From Anthoceros angustus (taxonomy: Eukaryota; Plantae; Anthocerotophyta), in assembly GCA_010909165.1 (NCBI GenBank), contig MU008159.1:1674001-1738000 (forward strand): a stretch of DNA of 64,000 bases. The letters run 5' to 3'. Made by a program: the position numbers and the translations under genes. The notes beneath the pieces are model-generated. The model ran no database searches, was not told where the DNA came from, and saw only the letters and a list, made by a program, of their open reading frames with translations. Shown here piece by piece: positions 48,901 to 62,020 of the stretch. The number at the start of each line of letters is the position of its first letter. Position 1 is the stretch's first letter.

Positions 48901-51882
48901 GAGTCCAGCTCTGAGGAGGTGGAGATTTTGTGGGAGAGATTGCCCAACCAGCCAAGAGGGAGGAGAGCAAGAGGAGAACATGGGGCTAGGAGGCCTAGGA
49001 GGCCCAGGAGAGGTAATAGGGGTAAGTGGCCCTGAAATAGCTGAAGGCCCATGTGTTATAGGAAATCTTATCCTCTCATAGTGGACGAATTAATAGATAG
49101 GCCTCTAGGATTGGTAGGCTAAGGATTGGTATTTTTTTGGCCACCAAGCTACTTTTGGGTGATCTTGGGTATAAGAGGCCCTCTTGATGAAATGTAAGCA
49201 ATGTTGGCCTAAGGTCTCGGTGTTTGGGGGCTGAGCACGGGGTTTGAGTACGGATCCGTCTTTGTAAGTCTAGACACTTTCTCACAGGAGAGCCACCGTG
49301 GAAGATGCGGAGCCTCCATGGAAGAATCATTCTTGAGTTAGCAATGAGGAGGTTGCTAAGCAAGCAACCGCCAAGCCGCCAAGGAAGAACACCTGCACTG
49401 CTGGGGGAGCAACAGCCAAGACCAAGAGCTACAAGGAAGAAGGGGCAAAGAAGACTTCTGTGAGGAGGGCAAAGCCATGTGCTGTGGGGGAGCGGGGGAC
49501 ATGGAGGTACTTGATCCATGCCTTGACCATGCACCGGATCCTACCTATGGGTTGGATTCTTATGGAGGAAACTCACCGACCCATCCAGGATTCAAGAGCT
49601 CACCGAGGAGGAGTAGGCGCGAGCACAAGAGAGAGAGGAGTCCAGCTCGAGGAGGTAGAGATTTTATGGGAGAGATTGCCCAACCAGCCAAGAGGGAGGA
49701 GAGCAAGAGGAGAACATGGGGCTAGGCGGCCTAGGAGGCCCAGAGGTAATAGGGGTAAGTGGCCTGAAATAGCTAAAGGCCCATGTGTTATAGGAAATCT
49801 TATCCTCTCATAGTGGACGAATTAATAGATAGGCCTCTAGGATTGGTAGGCTAAGGATTGGTATTTTTTTGGCCACCAAGCTACTTTTGGGTGATCTTGG
49901 GTATAAGAGGCCCTCTTGATGAAATGTAAGCAATGTTGGTTTAAGGTCTGGTGTTTGGGGGCTGAGCACGGGGTTTGAGTACGGATCCGTCTTTGTAAGT
50001 CTAGACACTTTCTCACAGGAGAGCCACCGTGGAAGATGCGGAGCCTCCATGGAAGAATCATTCTTGAGTTAGCAATGAGGAGGTTGCTAAGCAAGCAACC
50101 GCCAAGCCGCCAAGGAAGAACACCTGCACTGCTGGGGGAGCAACAGCCAAGACCAAGAGCTACAAGGAAGAAGGGTATGAAGATCCGTGAGTGGAGGTTG
50201 AAGAGAGTTCTGGGAAACTTGGAGAGAAGACAAGGCGGGGGGGACATGGAGGTACTTGATCCATGCCTTGACCATGCACCGGATCCTACCTATGGGTTGG
50301 ATTCTTATGGAGGAAACTCACCGACCCATCCAGGATTCAAGAGCTCACCGAGGAGGAGTAGGCGCGAGCACAAGAGAGAGAGGAGTCCACTGAGGAGGTA
50401 GAGATTTTATGGGAGAGATTGCCCAACCAGCCAAGAGGGAGGAGAGCAAGAGGAGAACATGGGGCTAGGCGGCCTAGGAGGCCCAGAGGTAATAGGGTAA
50501 GTGGCCTGAAATAGCTAAAGGCCCATGTGTTATAGATCAAATCTTATCCTCTCATAGTGGATAGAATTAGATAGGCCTCTAGGATTGGTAGGCTAAGACC
50601 GATTGGTATTTTTTGGCAAGCAGCCAAGCCGCTTTGTGGGGCGATCTTGGGTATAAGAGGCCCTCTTGATGAAATGTAAGCAATGTTGGCCCAAAGTCTC
50701 GTGTTTAAGAGCACGGGGTTTGGGGTACTGATCCAAGGTCGTAAGTCTAGACCGCTCTCCGCCACAGGAGGAGCTAAGAAGACTACCAAGTTGCCCGGAT
50801 CTGTGTGGCGGATCCGCAAGGGTGGTGGAAAGCAAGGGAGGAGCCTTGGTCTCCTTGGAGGGAGTTTCCAAGGTCAAGAGGAAGGGGTTGTGAAGCCGGG
50901 AGGCTGTCCATTCTCCTCATTCTCTTGTCTAGTACTCACCTTGTGTTTGAGTTTTCGTGTGGAAGGTGTGAGAAGAGAAGACAAGGCGGGGGGCCTGTGT
51001 GTGGAGAAGGGGAAACAAGTGAGTTGGGCGTGGGCTTGTGTGTTTGGAAAATGAGAGGAAAAGTGAGTGAGAGAAGTGGAGAATGGACATGGAGAGTTGC
51101 TGATTGGCTGTTTGAGAGGAGTAAGAAGGACTGGAGAAGTCTGTAAGTGATGTTTGTGTTCTGAAGAAGAGAGTGAGTGGAGGTTGAAGATCCGTGAGTG
51201 GATGAGACGGAATGATTGGGAGGTAGGTGAACAAGTATTTTGAGAGTTGGTGAAGTCTGTAAGGGCTGGATGAGAACCTTAAGGGGGAGGTCGTGAGGTT
51301 GTGAAAGTGGAGATTGAATGGGCGGTGAGGTGTGAGAACAAGGAGAGTTGAAGAGAGTTCTGGGAAACTTGGAGAGTGTGGGAGGATGAGAGGCACCTCA
51401 AGGGGCTGTGAGAGCTGGAGAGGTCTGTATGGAGCTTGGAAGGCTGAAAGGTTGGAGGAGAGAAAGGAAGTCAAGAAGTGCTACAGAGAGTGAGGGGTGG
51501 TTTGTGTGGAAAATTGGTGGATCTAACTTGTGGATGATAGATAAGAGAGAGGTGTCAACCTTATCCACTTGGATCCCAAGTGGGTCCCACCTTCTATTAA
51601 TAGCCGACGATCCCAAGGTGGACCCCACTGCTAAAATAGAGGGTGGTTGCTAAGATAGCAAAGTCTGCTTAGCATAGGTCAGGCGTGGCTAGATAGCACA
51701 GTGCAGTGTTGGGATAGTAGCTGTCATCGCTAGATGTTTGGTGTGTGTGTTTGGTTGGATTGGCTATGTTTTGGTTGTCTTGACACGAAATCACTCCCTT
51801 GGGTACGAATCTCAAGTCTACAACGATAAAGAGGGTAAATGTGGCCTCTTTGTGACCACTTGGTTTAGAAAATCACTCCACA
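45904..51882 (+). repeat. 5' LTR (~6 kb as assembled, including internal ~735 bp triplication at 48550/49286/50017)
   Basis: TGTGG...CCACA termini; followed by the PBS; the first ~1 kb matches 59205-60378. Confidence 0.75.
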
Positions 51883-51885
51883 TTT

Positions 51886-51900
51886 TGGCGCCGTTGCGGA
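51886..51900 (+). promoter_or_regulatory. Primer binding site TGGCGCCGTTGC (Athila-type, usually assigned to tRNA-Asp)
   Basis: Starts 3 nt after the LTR-terminal CA. Confidence 0.8.
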
Positions 51901-52267
51901 GTGTCATTGTTGTCAAGACCTTAGAGTAGACTAACCTTGTCTAGTAGTGTATTGGGAGTCTTGAGTGTGATACATGGATGCTACCCATTGAGTCGAAAGT
52001 TCCGACTCGGAAGAGAAGACTCCAGAAGAAGACAACGTCGTGGAGCGAGGAGGGCTGCGAGGCCGAGGAGAGCAGCAAAGTACGCACTGGGAGCCAAGAA
52101 GCAAGCAACAGCTGCCTAGGGGACCATCCTTGTCTTGACCTCCGTCGAACTGCGACTACTGAACTCGGCAACTTTTGACAGTATGCTTGAGATCCCTGCT
52201 AGACCAACAATCTTTGGGATAGTGACGACCGTCATGGCGATTTTGCAATAACTAGCAGCCATACCCT

Positions 52268-55200
52268 ATGGAGAAGAAGGGTATGAAGATCCACGAGTTT
52301 GTTGAACGCTTTGAGCAACTAACCATTGCAAATCGTGAATGGGATCTGCGCGCTTCACTCTTCTACGGAGTTCTTCGGAGGCCAGCCAAGTGGTACAAGA
52401 GGAGTACCTCAAGGCATCAAGACCCCCGGAACCTTCAACGAATCAAGAAAGCCTTTTGTGAGAGGTTCAGGGAATAGATGTAGAAGGCTACGTGTTGTCA
52501 AAGTTGGAGTTTTGAGGAGAAGAAGGAAGGAGACCTTGCAAGCTTATGTTGAGAGGTTTCTTAACTTGCGTGATCGTAGTGGTCCTCACTCGATTTGAGC
52601 CATTCGGTGGTTGCTAAGGGGTTAGATCCGAGATGGGCCGACATGTGAGGCGCAAGCGGAGAGAAGAAGGGTATGAAGATCCACGAGTTTGTTGAACGCT
52701 GAGCAACTAACCATTGCAAATCGTGAACTGGGATCTCGCAGCATTCACTCTTCTACGGAGTTCTTCATGAGGGCCAAGTGGTACAAGAGGAGTACCTCAA
52801 GGCATCAAGACCCCCAAAGAACCTTCAACGAATCAAGAAAGCCTTTTGTGAGAGGTTCAGGGAATAGATGTAGAAGGCTACGTGTTGTCAAAGTTGGAGT
52901 TTTGAGGAGAAGAAGGAAGGAGACCTTGCAAGCTTATGTTGAGAGGTTTCTTAACTTGCGTGATCGTAGTGGTCCTCACTGATTTACAGCCATTCGGTGG
53001 TTGCTAAGGTTAGATCCCGAGATGGGCCGACATGTGAGCAAGCGGAGAAGGACGAGACAAGGCCATCAAGGCGGCACTCAACTACGAAGAATCCAACTCC
53101 TTGGACAAGAAGAAGCACAAGAAGGAAAAGAGCAAGAAGAAGAAGTCCAAGCGAGGGAAGAAGGACAAGGGATCTTCTGAGGAGGAAGAATCTTGGAGAG
53201 TGACTCCTCTCAAGACTCAGACTGGAGGACTCTTCCTGAGGATGGCAGACGGAGGAAGAATCCTCAAGACGAGAGGCAGAGAAGAAGGGTATGAAGATCG
53301 ACGAGTTTGTTGAACGCTTTGAGCAACTAACCATTGCAAATCGTCGAATGGGGATGCAGCATTCACTCTTCTACGGAGTTCTTCGCGGAGGCCAGCCAAG
53401 TGGTACAAGAGGGACCTCAAGGCATGCACCCCAGAACCTTCAGCAGCCTTTTGTGAGAGGTTCGGGGAATAGATGTAGAAGGCTACGTGTTGTCAAAGTT
53501 GGAGTTTTGAGGAGAAGAAGGAAGGAGACCTTGCAAGCTTATGTTGAGAGGTTTCTTAACTTGCGTGATCGTAGTGGTCCTCACTCGATTTGAGCCATTC
53601 GGTGGTTTGCTAAGGGGTTAGATCCGAGATGGGCCGACATGTGAGGCGCAAGCGGAGAGAAGAAGGGTATGAAGATCCACGAGTTTGTTGAACGCTGAGC
53701 AACTAACCATTGCAAATCGTGAACTGGGATCTCGCAGCATTCACTCTTCTACGGAGTTCTTCATGAGGGCCAAGTGGTACAAGAGGAGTACCTCAAGGCA
53801 TCAAGACCCCCAAAGAACCTTCAACGAATCAAGAAAGCCTTTTGTGAGAGGTTCAGGGAATAGATGTAGAAGGCTACGTGTTGTCAAAGTTGGAGTTTTG
53901 AGGAGAAGAAGGAAGGAGACCTTGCAAGCTTATGTTGAGAGGTTTCTTAACTTGCGTGATCGTAGTGGTCCTCACTGATTTACAGCCATTCGGTGGTTTG
54001 CTAAGGTTAGATCCCGAGATGGGCCGACATGTGAGCAAGCGGAGAAGGACGAGACAAGGCCATCAAGGCGGCACTCAACTACGAAGAATCCAACTCCTTG
54101 GACAAGAAGAAGCACAAGAAGGAAAAGAGCAAGAAGAAGAAGTCCAAGCGAGGGAAGAAGGACAAGGGATCTTCTGAGGAGGAAGAATCTTGGAGAGTGA
54201 CTCCTCTCAAGACTCAGACTGGAGGACTCTTCCTGAGGATGGCAGACGGAGGAAGAATCCTCAAGACGAGAGGCAGAGAAGAAGGGTATGAAGATCGACG
54301 AGTTTGTTGAACGCTTTGAGCAACTAACCATTGCAAATCGTCGAATGGGGATGCAGCATTCACTCTTCTACGGAGTTCTTCGCGGAGGCCAGCCAAGTGG
54401 TACAAGAGGGACCTCAAGGCATGCACCCCAGAACCTTCAGCAGCCTTTTGTGAGAGGTTCGGGGAATAGATGTAGAAGGCTACGTGTTGTCAAAGTTGGA
54501 GTTTTGAGGAGAAGAAGGAAGGAGACCTTGCAAGCTTATGTTGAGAGGTTTCTTAACTTGCGTGATCGTAGTGGTCCTCACTCGATTCTGCCATTCGGTG
54601 GTTTGCTAAGGGGTTAGGTTCAGATGGGCCGACATGTGCAAGCGGAGAAGGGCGTGAGACAAGGCCATCAAGGCGGCACTCAACTACGAAGAATCCAACT
54701 CCTTGGACAAGAAGAAGCACAAGAAGGAAAAGAGCAAGAAGAAGAAGTCCAAGCGAGGGAAGACAAGGGATCTTCGTCGTCGGAGGAAGAATCTTGAGGA
54801 GAGTGACTCCTCTCAAGACTCGGAGGACTCTTCCTCGGAGGATGGCGGCCGGAGGAAGAATCCTCGGAAGGCGAGAGGCAGAAGAAGAAGAAGGTTGGCG
54901 TCGCTAAGAAGAAACCAGGCTCGAGGATCAAGGGAGCTGGCAGCTAAACAAGAGGTTGCTAGTGCTAAGAAGGAAGTGGAACAAGTCAAGAGGAGGCGTC
55001 AAGAAGGTGCAACAAGAAATGAAGATGGAGGAAATGATGAGCAAATTCGAAGTTTCACCTCAACGCGTGAAGGAGCATGAGAAGAGGAGAGCGCATCCTT
55101 TAACTGCTTTGTTCCACTTGTGGCCACAAACCAAGTCCAAGCATGTGGCCAAGGTGCACATGCTCGCCACGAGGAGGAGGAAGAGGATCGCGGAGGATAC
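52268..55200 (+). pseudogene. gypsy gag (Retrotrans_gag), tandemly duplicated ~1 kb units, frameshifted
   Basis: FVERFEQL..AKWYK..KKAFCERF..ETLQAYVERFLNLRDR repeated; degenerate zinc knuckle at ~55105-55145. Confidence 0.8.
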
Positions 55201-55935
55201 CTACCGATCCGTGGAGGTTTCCAGGACAAGATCTCAAGACATCCATCCGCCGATGCGAAATTCCATGGGGCATTCGTAACAACCAAGTGCCTGTGGTTGC
55301 TAACCAAGCAACGGTGTGGTTCACTACAAGAGGGGCTTTGGTCATTATGCAAATAGCTGTTCATCGCAACAAGACAGCCAATGGTGACTACGAACGTGCA
55401 AGGCCAAGACCATATGGCGGGAGTGTCACTTGCCCAAACCGAGGAATCGCTCAATTGCTCAACCACCTGTGGGGGTTCAAGCGCATCCTCAAGGAGTTGG
55501 GACCATGCACGTGGAGGATGCCCTTATGGTCTTGGGAGGATGCGGAAGCCATGGTGTTGCGAGCTAGATGGACTGGGGGTGCAGGAGACTACTACGGAGA
55601 GGCTGCATATGGTCAGCACTAGGAGTGAAAAGCTAGGAGGAAGGCTGGAAGAAGAAAGAGACGGAGGTGGAATCACCACAAAGTCCAAGAGAGCACTCCA
55701 AGCCCGGAGGAACGGATCTGGAGGAGACACTTGAGAAGGAGAACCCCGAGAAGGAAGAATCAAGGAGTGAATCGCGGGCCATCTGAGAAAAGAAGTTCCA
55801 GAAAAGGGAGAGGAAACCCGAGTTTCCACCGGACGCGCCGGAAGTCATGGAGATGATAGAGGAGGAATTGACCAAGACCTGAGCTGTGATCCCGAGGCAG
55901 AAGTCCTCCTCGGTTAGCCGCGCTAAGGCGGCCCG

Positions 55936-56793
55936 TTGCAAGCAACCGACGTTGTTGCTAAGGGAGCAACCGTTGGAAGAAGGAGGGATCGAGGACCATT
56001 TAACCTTGCCGAAGCCATCATGGATCAGCAATTTGCTATTACGTTTGGTCAACTATTGAAGGACAACCCGAAGTACAGGCAACAAGTTCGGAGGGCCTTG
56101 CAAGAAGCGCAACCCAAGAGGAAGAGGCGATTGCCCAAGCCAGGACCAAGGGTGCTGACTCCTACAGTCAACCTAGTGTCCATGATAGACCAAGGGCCAG
56201 CGGAGCTGCAAGTGGAGATCGCTGGCTGTGTCATCAAGCGGGTTCCCTTGGACACCGGATCCGGGGTGAACATCATGACGGAAGGGATAGCAAGGAAGCT
56301 TGGGTTGGACATTGAGCATACCACCAAGGTGCTGAGATTGGCTGACATGTCAAAAATGCACTGTGGAGAACAAGGAGTAACCACCATCATAGGGACCATT
56401 CCCTATCTCATGGACTATGTGGTTATCCAGCACAAGGCGCCAGGGTACGACATCCTATTGGGAAGGACCTGGCTGTATGGCTCAAGATGCAAGATGACTT
56501 GGGGGAGGAAGGAAGTGGCTTTTAAGCCAATGGATTGGGACCCCAAGACGAAGGAGGGCCGAATTTGTTTGAGTTGGAGCAGGGATACCCTCGTGGGGAG
56601 ACTCCTACAAGGAAGGATACACATCACCGGAGAAACATCCGACTGGAGGAAGGAGGAACTGGACAAATTTCCTTTTGCACATATCGCATGGTCGGATGAG
56701 GAGGAAGAGTATAGGAGGGATATCCCTTACTCCCTCAATTTGGTGGGCTTTGGTTTCATGGAGGCACCAGGAGGAGGCAGCAACCGTTGCTAA
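55936..56793 (+). pseudogene. gypsy aspartic protease region
   Basis: LDTGSGVNIM and YDILLGRTWL motifs. Confidence 0.9.
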
Positions 56794-57149
56794 GCGATTG
56801 CTAAGGAAGCATGCAAAAGGCGGTTGCTAAGGAAACATCGACGGTTGCTAAGGAAGCAGGAGCTAAGGAAGACGACAGCAGCGAGGGATGAGCCGGATCA
56901 TTCGATTCACCTCGAGGACCTATTTAGGGAGTGGGGATGAGGGAAGAGGACCCTCGTGAACCGGAGGAAGGGTTTGGTGAGAGTTCACCGTGGAGCGAGA
57001 ATGGGTACAAGCGGACGAGATTAAGGATGTGGAGGTATTGCCCGGAAGGTCTGAAGTTTGCACTGGAACCAGCGTTGGAAGAAGGAATGAAACAGCCTTC
57101 GAGTTCATCGACGTGTTTGCTCGAGGTGTGATATGAAGGGATTCCCAAG

Positions 57150-59150
57150 AAGTGGGGAGCATAGGATCGATTTGGAGCCGGAGCGACTCCCTTCCCAATA
57201 CAAGTGAACCCAAAGTACTCAGAAGGTGAAGGAGCTTGAATTGTACTTGAAGGCGGCGTCATCTATCCAATCGTGAACACGAGTGGTGGCTCCAATCGTT
57301 GTGGTTCCTAAGAAGCGGCTGGAAAGATTCGAGTATGCCAAAGGCGGAGGAAGCTCAACAAAGCAACCAAGAAGGACCATTTCCTCGCCATTCATCGACA
57401 ACATCCGGACTTGGTGGTCGGAAGATGTGTGTACTCGTTCTTGGACGGGTACTGGGTACAATCATGCACTTGAGGGAGAGTGGTGGCCTCTAACTTCACA
57501 ACGGATTGGGGACCTTCACAAGAGAGTGCGTTCGGATTGACGGGGCGGGTTCCTTCATGCAGCATGGTTGAGATCTTCAAGGAGTATCTCCACAAGTTCA
57601 TGGAGGTATTCCTAGATGATTTCTGTGTGTTTGGGAGTATGGAGGAGCACCTGGATCACTTGCGGCAGTGCTTGGCGAGATGTCGTGAAACTCAACTTTG
57701 CCTACACCCGGAGAAATGCTACTTTGGCATGCTGGAGGGAATTTTGTTGGGGCACAGAATTTCAGCAAATGAGAAGGGGAGGGAGAAGTTTTGCAGGCCA
57801 GCCTATGAGGAGGTCTTTCAGTTTTATGGTCGAGATACCACGGACATGCTACAACAGAGGTTGTTCTATACTTCTCAGACTGTTGTTAAGCGGAGACAAA
57901 GCAGGTAGGGCGAGATGTCGTGAAACTCAACTTTGCCTACATCCGGAGAAATGCTACTTTGGCATCTTGGAGGGAATTTTGTTGGGGCAATTTCAGCAAA
58001 TGAGAAGGGAGGAGAAGTTTTGCGGCTATGAGGAGGTCTTCGCTTTTAACGAGATACCAACGGACATCTAGCAACTTGAGGTTGTTCCCTATACTTCTCG
58101 GACATTGTTAGCGGAGACAACATGCAGTAGGGGCGGATGGAGTTGAGAGGTTGTGGGTCAAGGATGGTCAAACCGGGTTCTCGCGCCTTGCATGAGGAGG
58201 AGGTGAAGTCTCACGTCGCGTGACACAGAAGATCTTGGAGGCGGGGTATTGGTGGCCAACCTTGCTGATGCTAGGAGTTCATCAAGCGTTGTGATGCATG
58301 TCAAGGGTTGGGAAGCCAACCCGGGACCACAGTGGCCATTGGTCCCTATCCTAGCCTTGGCGCCTTCGAGAAGTGGGGATTGACCCGTTGGGCGATTCAA
58401 GACCAAGGGCAGAATCAATATATTACGGTAGCAACGGACTCTGTGCACGCATGGTGGAAGCTCAAGCCTTGCCCTGGGACACAATGTGGTGGCAGGTTCT
58501 TGTTGAGCACATCATCACGGTGCGGGTTGGAACTAGTTAAGCGAGGTACCCATTTCATCAACGAGGTGATCTCACACATGGTGAAGTACTTCAACATCAG
58601 CCGTGAAGACCACCCCCTACAACCCCAAGGCGAATGGACTCACGGAGAAAGCTAATGGATTGCTTTGCAGGATCCTCAACAAGTTGACCATCACCTACAC
58701 TTACGATTGGGGACGGAAGCTTCACTCGGCGTTGTGGGCGTATAGGGGCCAGTGAGAAGGTGACCACAGCAGACCCACTACCTCACCTATGGGCACTCAC
58801 CGGTCATGCCCATTGAGTTTGAAGTGCTGTGCGTTGAGGTCGGGAGCATAGGAGGATGGCGGTGGAGAGAGCAGTTGGAGGCTCATAGGCTTTGTTCGGC
58901 ACATGGAGGAATAGGGAACAAGCCTTGGAGTCCTGAGCGTCAAGAAGAGGAAGGAATGGCATGGCCGAGGTTGCAAAACAAGAGTACGTTGTTCCGGAGG
59001 ACTTGCGTTCTTTGTGACAACGGTACATGCACTTCACAGAGCTGCATCTTAGATGGATGGGTACGGTCTGAAGTCACCAAGTGTTCGACAATGGATCCAT
59101 ACAATTGCGGACAACGATGGACCTGTTGCCAACCGGTCAATGGTTGGCGG
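57150..59150 (+). pseudogene. gypsy RT and integrase, heavily frameshifted
   Basis: FKEYLHKFMEVFLDDFCVFG..CLHPEKCYFG (RT); FEKWG, RGTHFINEVI, PQANG..EKANG (integrase). Confidence 0.88.
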
Positions 59151-59204
59151 CGTGAAGAAATATTACCAATAAGTTGGCGGGGGCTTAACAAATGAGAAGG
59201 GGTA

Positions 59205-60378
59205 TGTGGTGACCACAGGGTACTCGAGACCCCTCGAAAAGTGTTTTGTTTTGTGTTTAAGTTGTGAGAATCGTGTGGAGTTGGAATGTGAGTAGGTTAG
59301 GAAATAAGAAAAGTCTATTAGAGCCTAGTAGGAAGAGTCTTGATCCCGGAAAAAGTGCGCGGAGGTTGGGTACGCTCGTGGGTTGCTAATCTGATTTGCT
59401 AGGACCGTTGCTAGCAGGGACTGTGATTATGACAACCACTTGGAAGTCTCTGTTATGGTAGCAACTAAGTCGGAGTTATTTTCCAATAATCGGAAAACCC
59501 AATTGGGTGGAATGATTTGGAAATACCCGAGCAGGAAGTAGAACGGGGTCCTATTGATTCAGTGGCCAAGGAAGAGAGACAAGGAGTATTTACGGCGGGC
59601 GGGCCCCAGCGCGCGCGCTCTGGCTCGGAGCGTGATCGTGGACGGAGGTGGAGGGCGCATGGCGCCCTTGACGTAGGTGACTGACTGTGTGTGACAGTAG
59701 CTCAGAGGTCCGCCGGGTTGAATGGCGGGGTCAGGGATCTGTGTGCGGATGGCGGCGAGGCAGTCTTGAGGCAGACAGCATTCCAAGGCTACTGGCGTAG
59801 GGAGGAGCCAGGCGTGAACGGACACAGTGGAGGAGCTCAGGGGCGCGTGGCGTGGGAAGTAACGGAGCAAAGCAAAGGAGCAAAGCAGTGGGACCGTAAA
59901 TCATCCAACAAGGGTGGGGAATAATCGGGCCGAGCAGCTCCTCGAGAAGGCCGGGGCGGCTGGGTCTGGGTAGTACCGTGAGGCTAGGAAGAGCGAGGCA
60001 AAGGGGCGTAAGTGAGTCGAGAAGTTACCAAGGCAGTGGGAAGGGAGTGGGCACGAGGCGGTCATGAATTTGTGGCACGCGCCCTTGGGAAGTCGCGGAT
60101 AAGGGCTGAGATGTAGCGCACTGTCGGTCATCCCAACCATGGTTGGGATACACCCTCCAGCCTCACACATACGGTGGGGTGGGCGGAGCGGTGGGCGCTG
60201 CGACGGCGGGCGGCATCTTGGCAGTCGAGGATGAGAGCAGGTTCCAATTCGGTGGCGCGGGGTCCAAGTCAAAGAGAAAACTGGTTGACTACGGTGGAAT
60301 AAATCCATGACCCGAGGGTCCAAGTGCTTTCCAGTGCTGTAGGGACAATGAGAGGGCAAGTCCGCGAGACTGATAAAT
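59205..60378 (+). repeat. 3' LTR, truncated
   Basis: Collinear with 45904-46888 up to gataaatgag, where the purine tract begins. Confidence 0.85.
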
Positions 60379-60821
60379 GAGGGAGGGAGGGGAGGGAGGG
60401 GAGGAGGGAGGGAGGGAGGGAGGAGGGAGGAGGAGGGAGGAGGGAGGGGAGGGAGGAGGAGGAGGGAGGGGAGGGAGGAGGGAGGGGAGGGAGGAGGGGA
60501 GGGAGGGGAGGGAGGGAGGAGGAGGAGGAGGGGAGGAGGGAGGGAGGAGGGAGGGAGGGAGGAGGGAGGGAGGGAGGGAGGAGGAGGGGAGGAGGAGGGA
60601 GGAGGAGGGAGGAGGGAGGAGGGAGGAGGGGAGGGGAGGGAGGAGGGAGGGAGGGAGGAGGAGGGAGGAGGAGGGAGGGGAGGGGAGGGAGGGAGGAGGA
60701 GGAGGGGAGGAGGGAGGGAGGGAGGGAGGGGAGGAGGGAGGGAGGGAGGGAGGAGGGAGGGAGGAGGGAGGGAGGGAGGGAGGGAGGAGGAGGAGGGAGG
60801 GAGGGAGGGAGGAGGGAGGAA
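60379..60821. repeat. ~440 bp pure polypurine (GGA/GGGA)n tract
   Basis: Only G and A on the + strand. Confidence 0.97.
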
Positions 60822-60833
60822 CATGCAGCATGG

Positions 60834-62020
60834 GTGCTTTTTGTTTTTGCTGCGTCTGCCACAATAGTCACTCAACCTCATGGACCAGACAAGCCAGGTA
60901 AGCCAGATGCTGCTACCCTATTGTGGACTATGGGTCCCAAGTTGATAGCTGAGCAACACTATTGTATACATGCTTTATTGGTGAAGTATCAAGACTATTT
61001 CTCATTCTCTATGAAGGATTTGAAACGTTGCAATGTTATGAAGTTTCATATTTCGTTGACCAGTAAGGAGCCGATCTATCGGCGTCGTTATAGGCTAAGC
61101 AAATCGGAATGGGAGATGGTGGATGCTCGATGCAAAGAATTGCATGAAGCAGGACTCATCAGACCCTCTCTGTCTGATTATGCAGCTGCCACTATGATAC
61201 CACGTGGCTAAGAAGGATAGCCAAGGTTTGTGGGAGAAACGAGCAAAGGGGATTACACCCATTAATGACCGGCCAGATCGCCATCTGCCGAGCTCAAGGA
61301 ATGTTTGATCGAATTGGTAACTCCACTTATTTCTCTACATTGGACTTGCGTCAGGGTTTTGATCAAGTTCCAATTGTTGAGGAGGACATCAAGAAAACAG
61401 CCTTCCATGGATCTACATAACTACGGGAATGGGTAGTTATGCCTTTTGGATTCAAGAATGCTCCTATTACCTTCTAGCGTATCATGGATTTGGTGCTTGC
61501 AGGTTCTGCTAACCTCATGTGTTATATTGGTAATGTCTTAGTGTGTAGTGTGGATTTTGGATCGCATTTGGAACACATGGAAGATTTATTCAAGCGTTTG
61601 CGTAAGGTTGAGCTCACATGCCATCCATCTAAGTGTGCATTCGGAATGGATACCGTAGCTTATTTAGGCCATCGCATCGTCCCTAATGGTGTTATGCCAC
61701 ACTCATCCAAGGTTCAAGCTATTTTGCATGTGCAAGAGCCTACTAATGTCTCTTCTTTACGAGCATTTTTAGGACTCCGCAAACTATTACCAAATTTACA
61801 TTCAAGAGTTCAGTCGGATTGCTAAGCCGCCGAATGATCTTTTAAGAAAGGATGTCACTTGGGAATGGTCAGAGGCTGCCCAGCAAGCTTTCAACATCCT
61901 GAAGGCGCGCTTGGTGGATGCTCCTGTCATGGCCAGACCTAACTTTGATCAGCCTTTCATTGTGTATTCTGATTGGAGCAATCTGGGACTTGGAGCCGTA
62001 TTGGCACAGTTGGGGAAAGA
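60834..62020 (+). pseudogene. Second Ty3/gypsy RT-RNase H fragment (different family), inactive
   Basis: PIYRRRYRLS..ELHEAGLIRPSLSDYAA, STLDLRQGF, KKTAF, VMPFGFKNAP, CYIGNVLV (YIDD degenerate), HPSKCAF, PNFDQPFIVYSDWS..GLGAVLAQ; contains stops and frameshifts. Confidence 0.92.

Larger units (their letters stand above)
45904..60378 (+). mobile_element. Ty3/gypsy (Athila/Tat-like) LTR retrotransposon, degenerate, 3' LTR truncated
   Basis: LTR start tgtggtgaccaca..tactc.agacccc at 45904 and 59205; PBS after 51882; order gag-PR-RT-INT; PPT gagaagggg at 59194-59202. Confidence 0.88.

Noticed and set aside
59901-60901. Pro/Ser/Leu-rich or Gly/Glu/Arg-rich ORFs (extensin-like)
   Set aside because: Translations of the polypurine tract.
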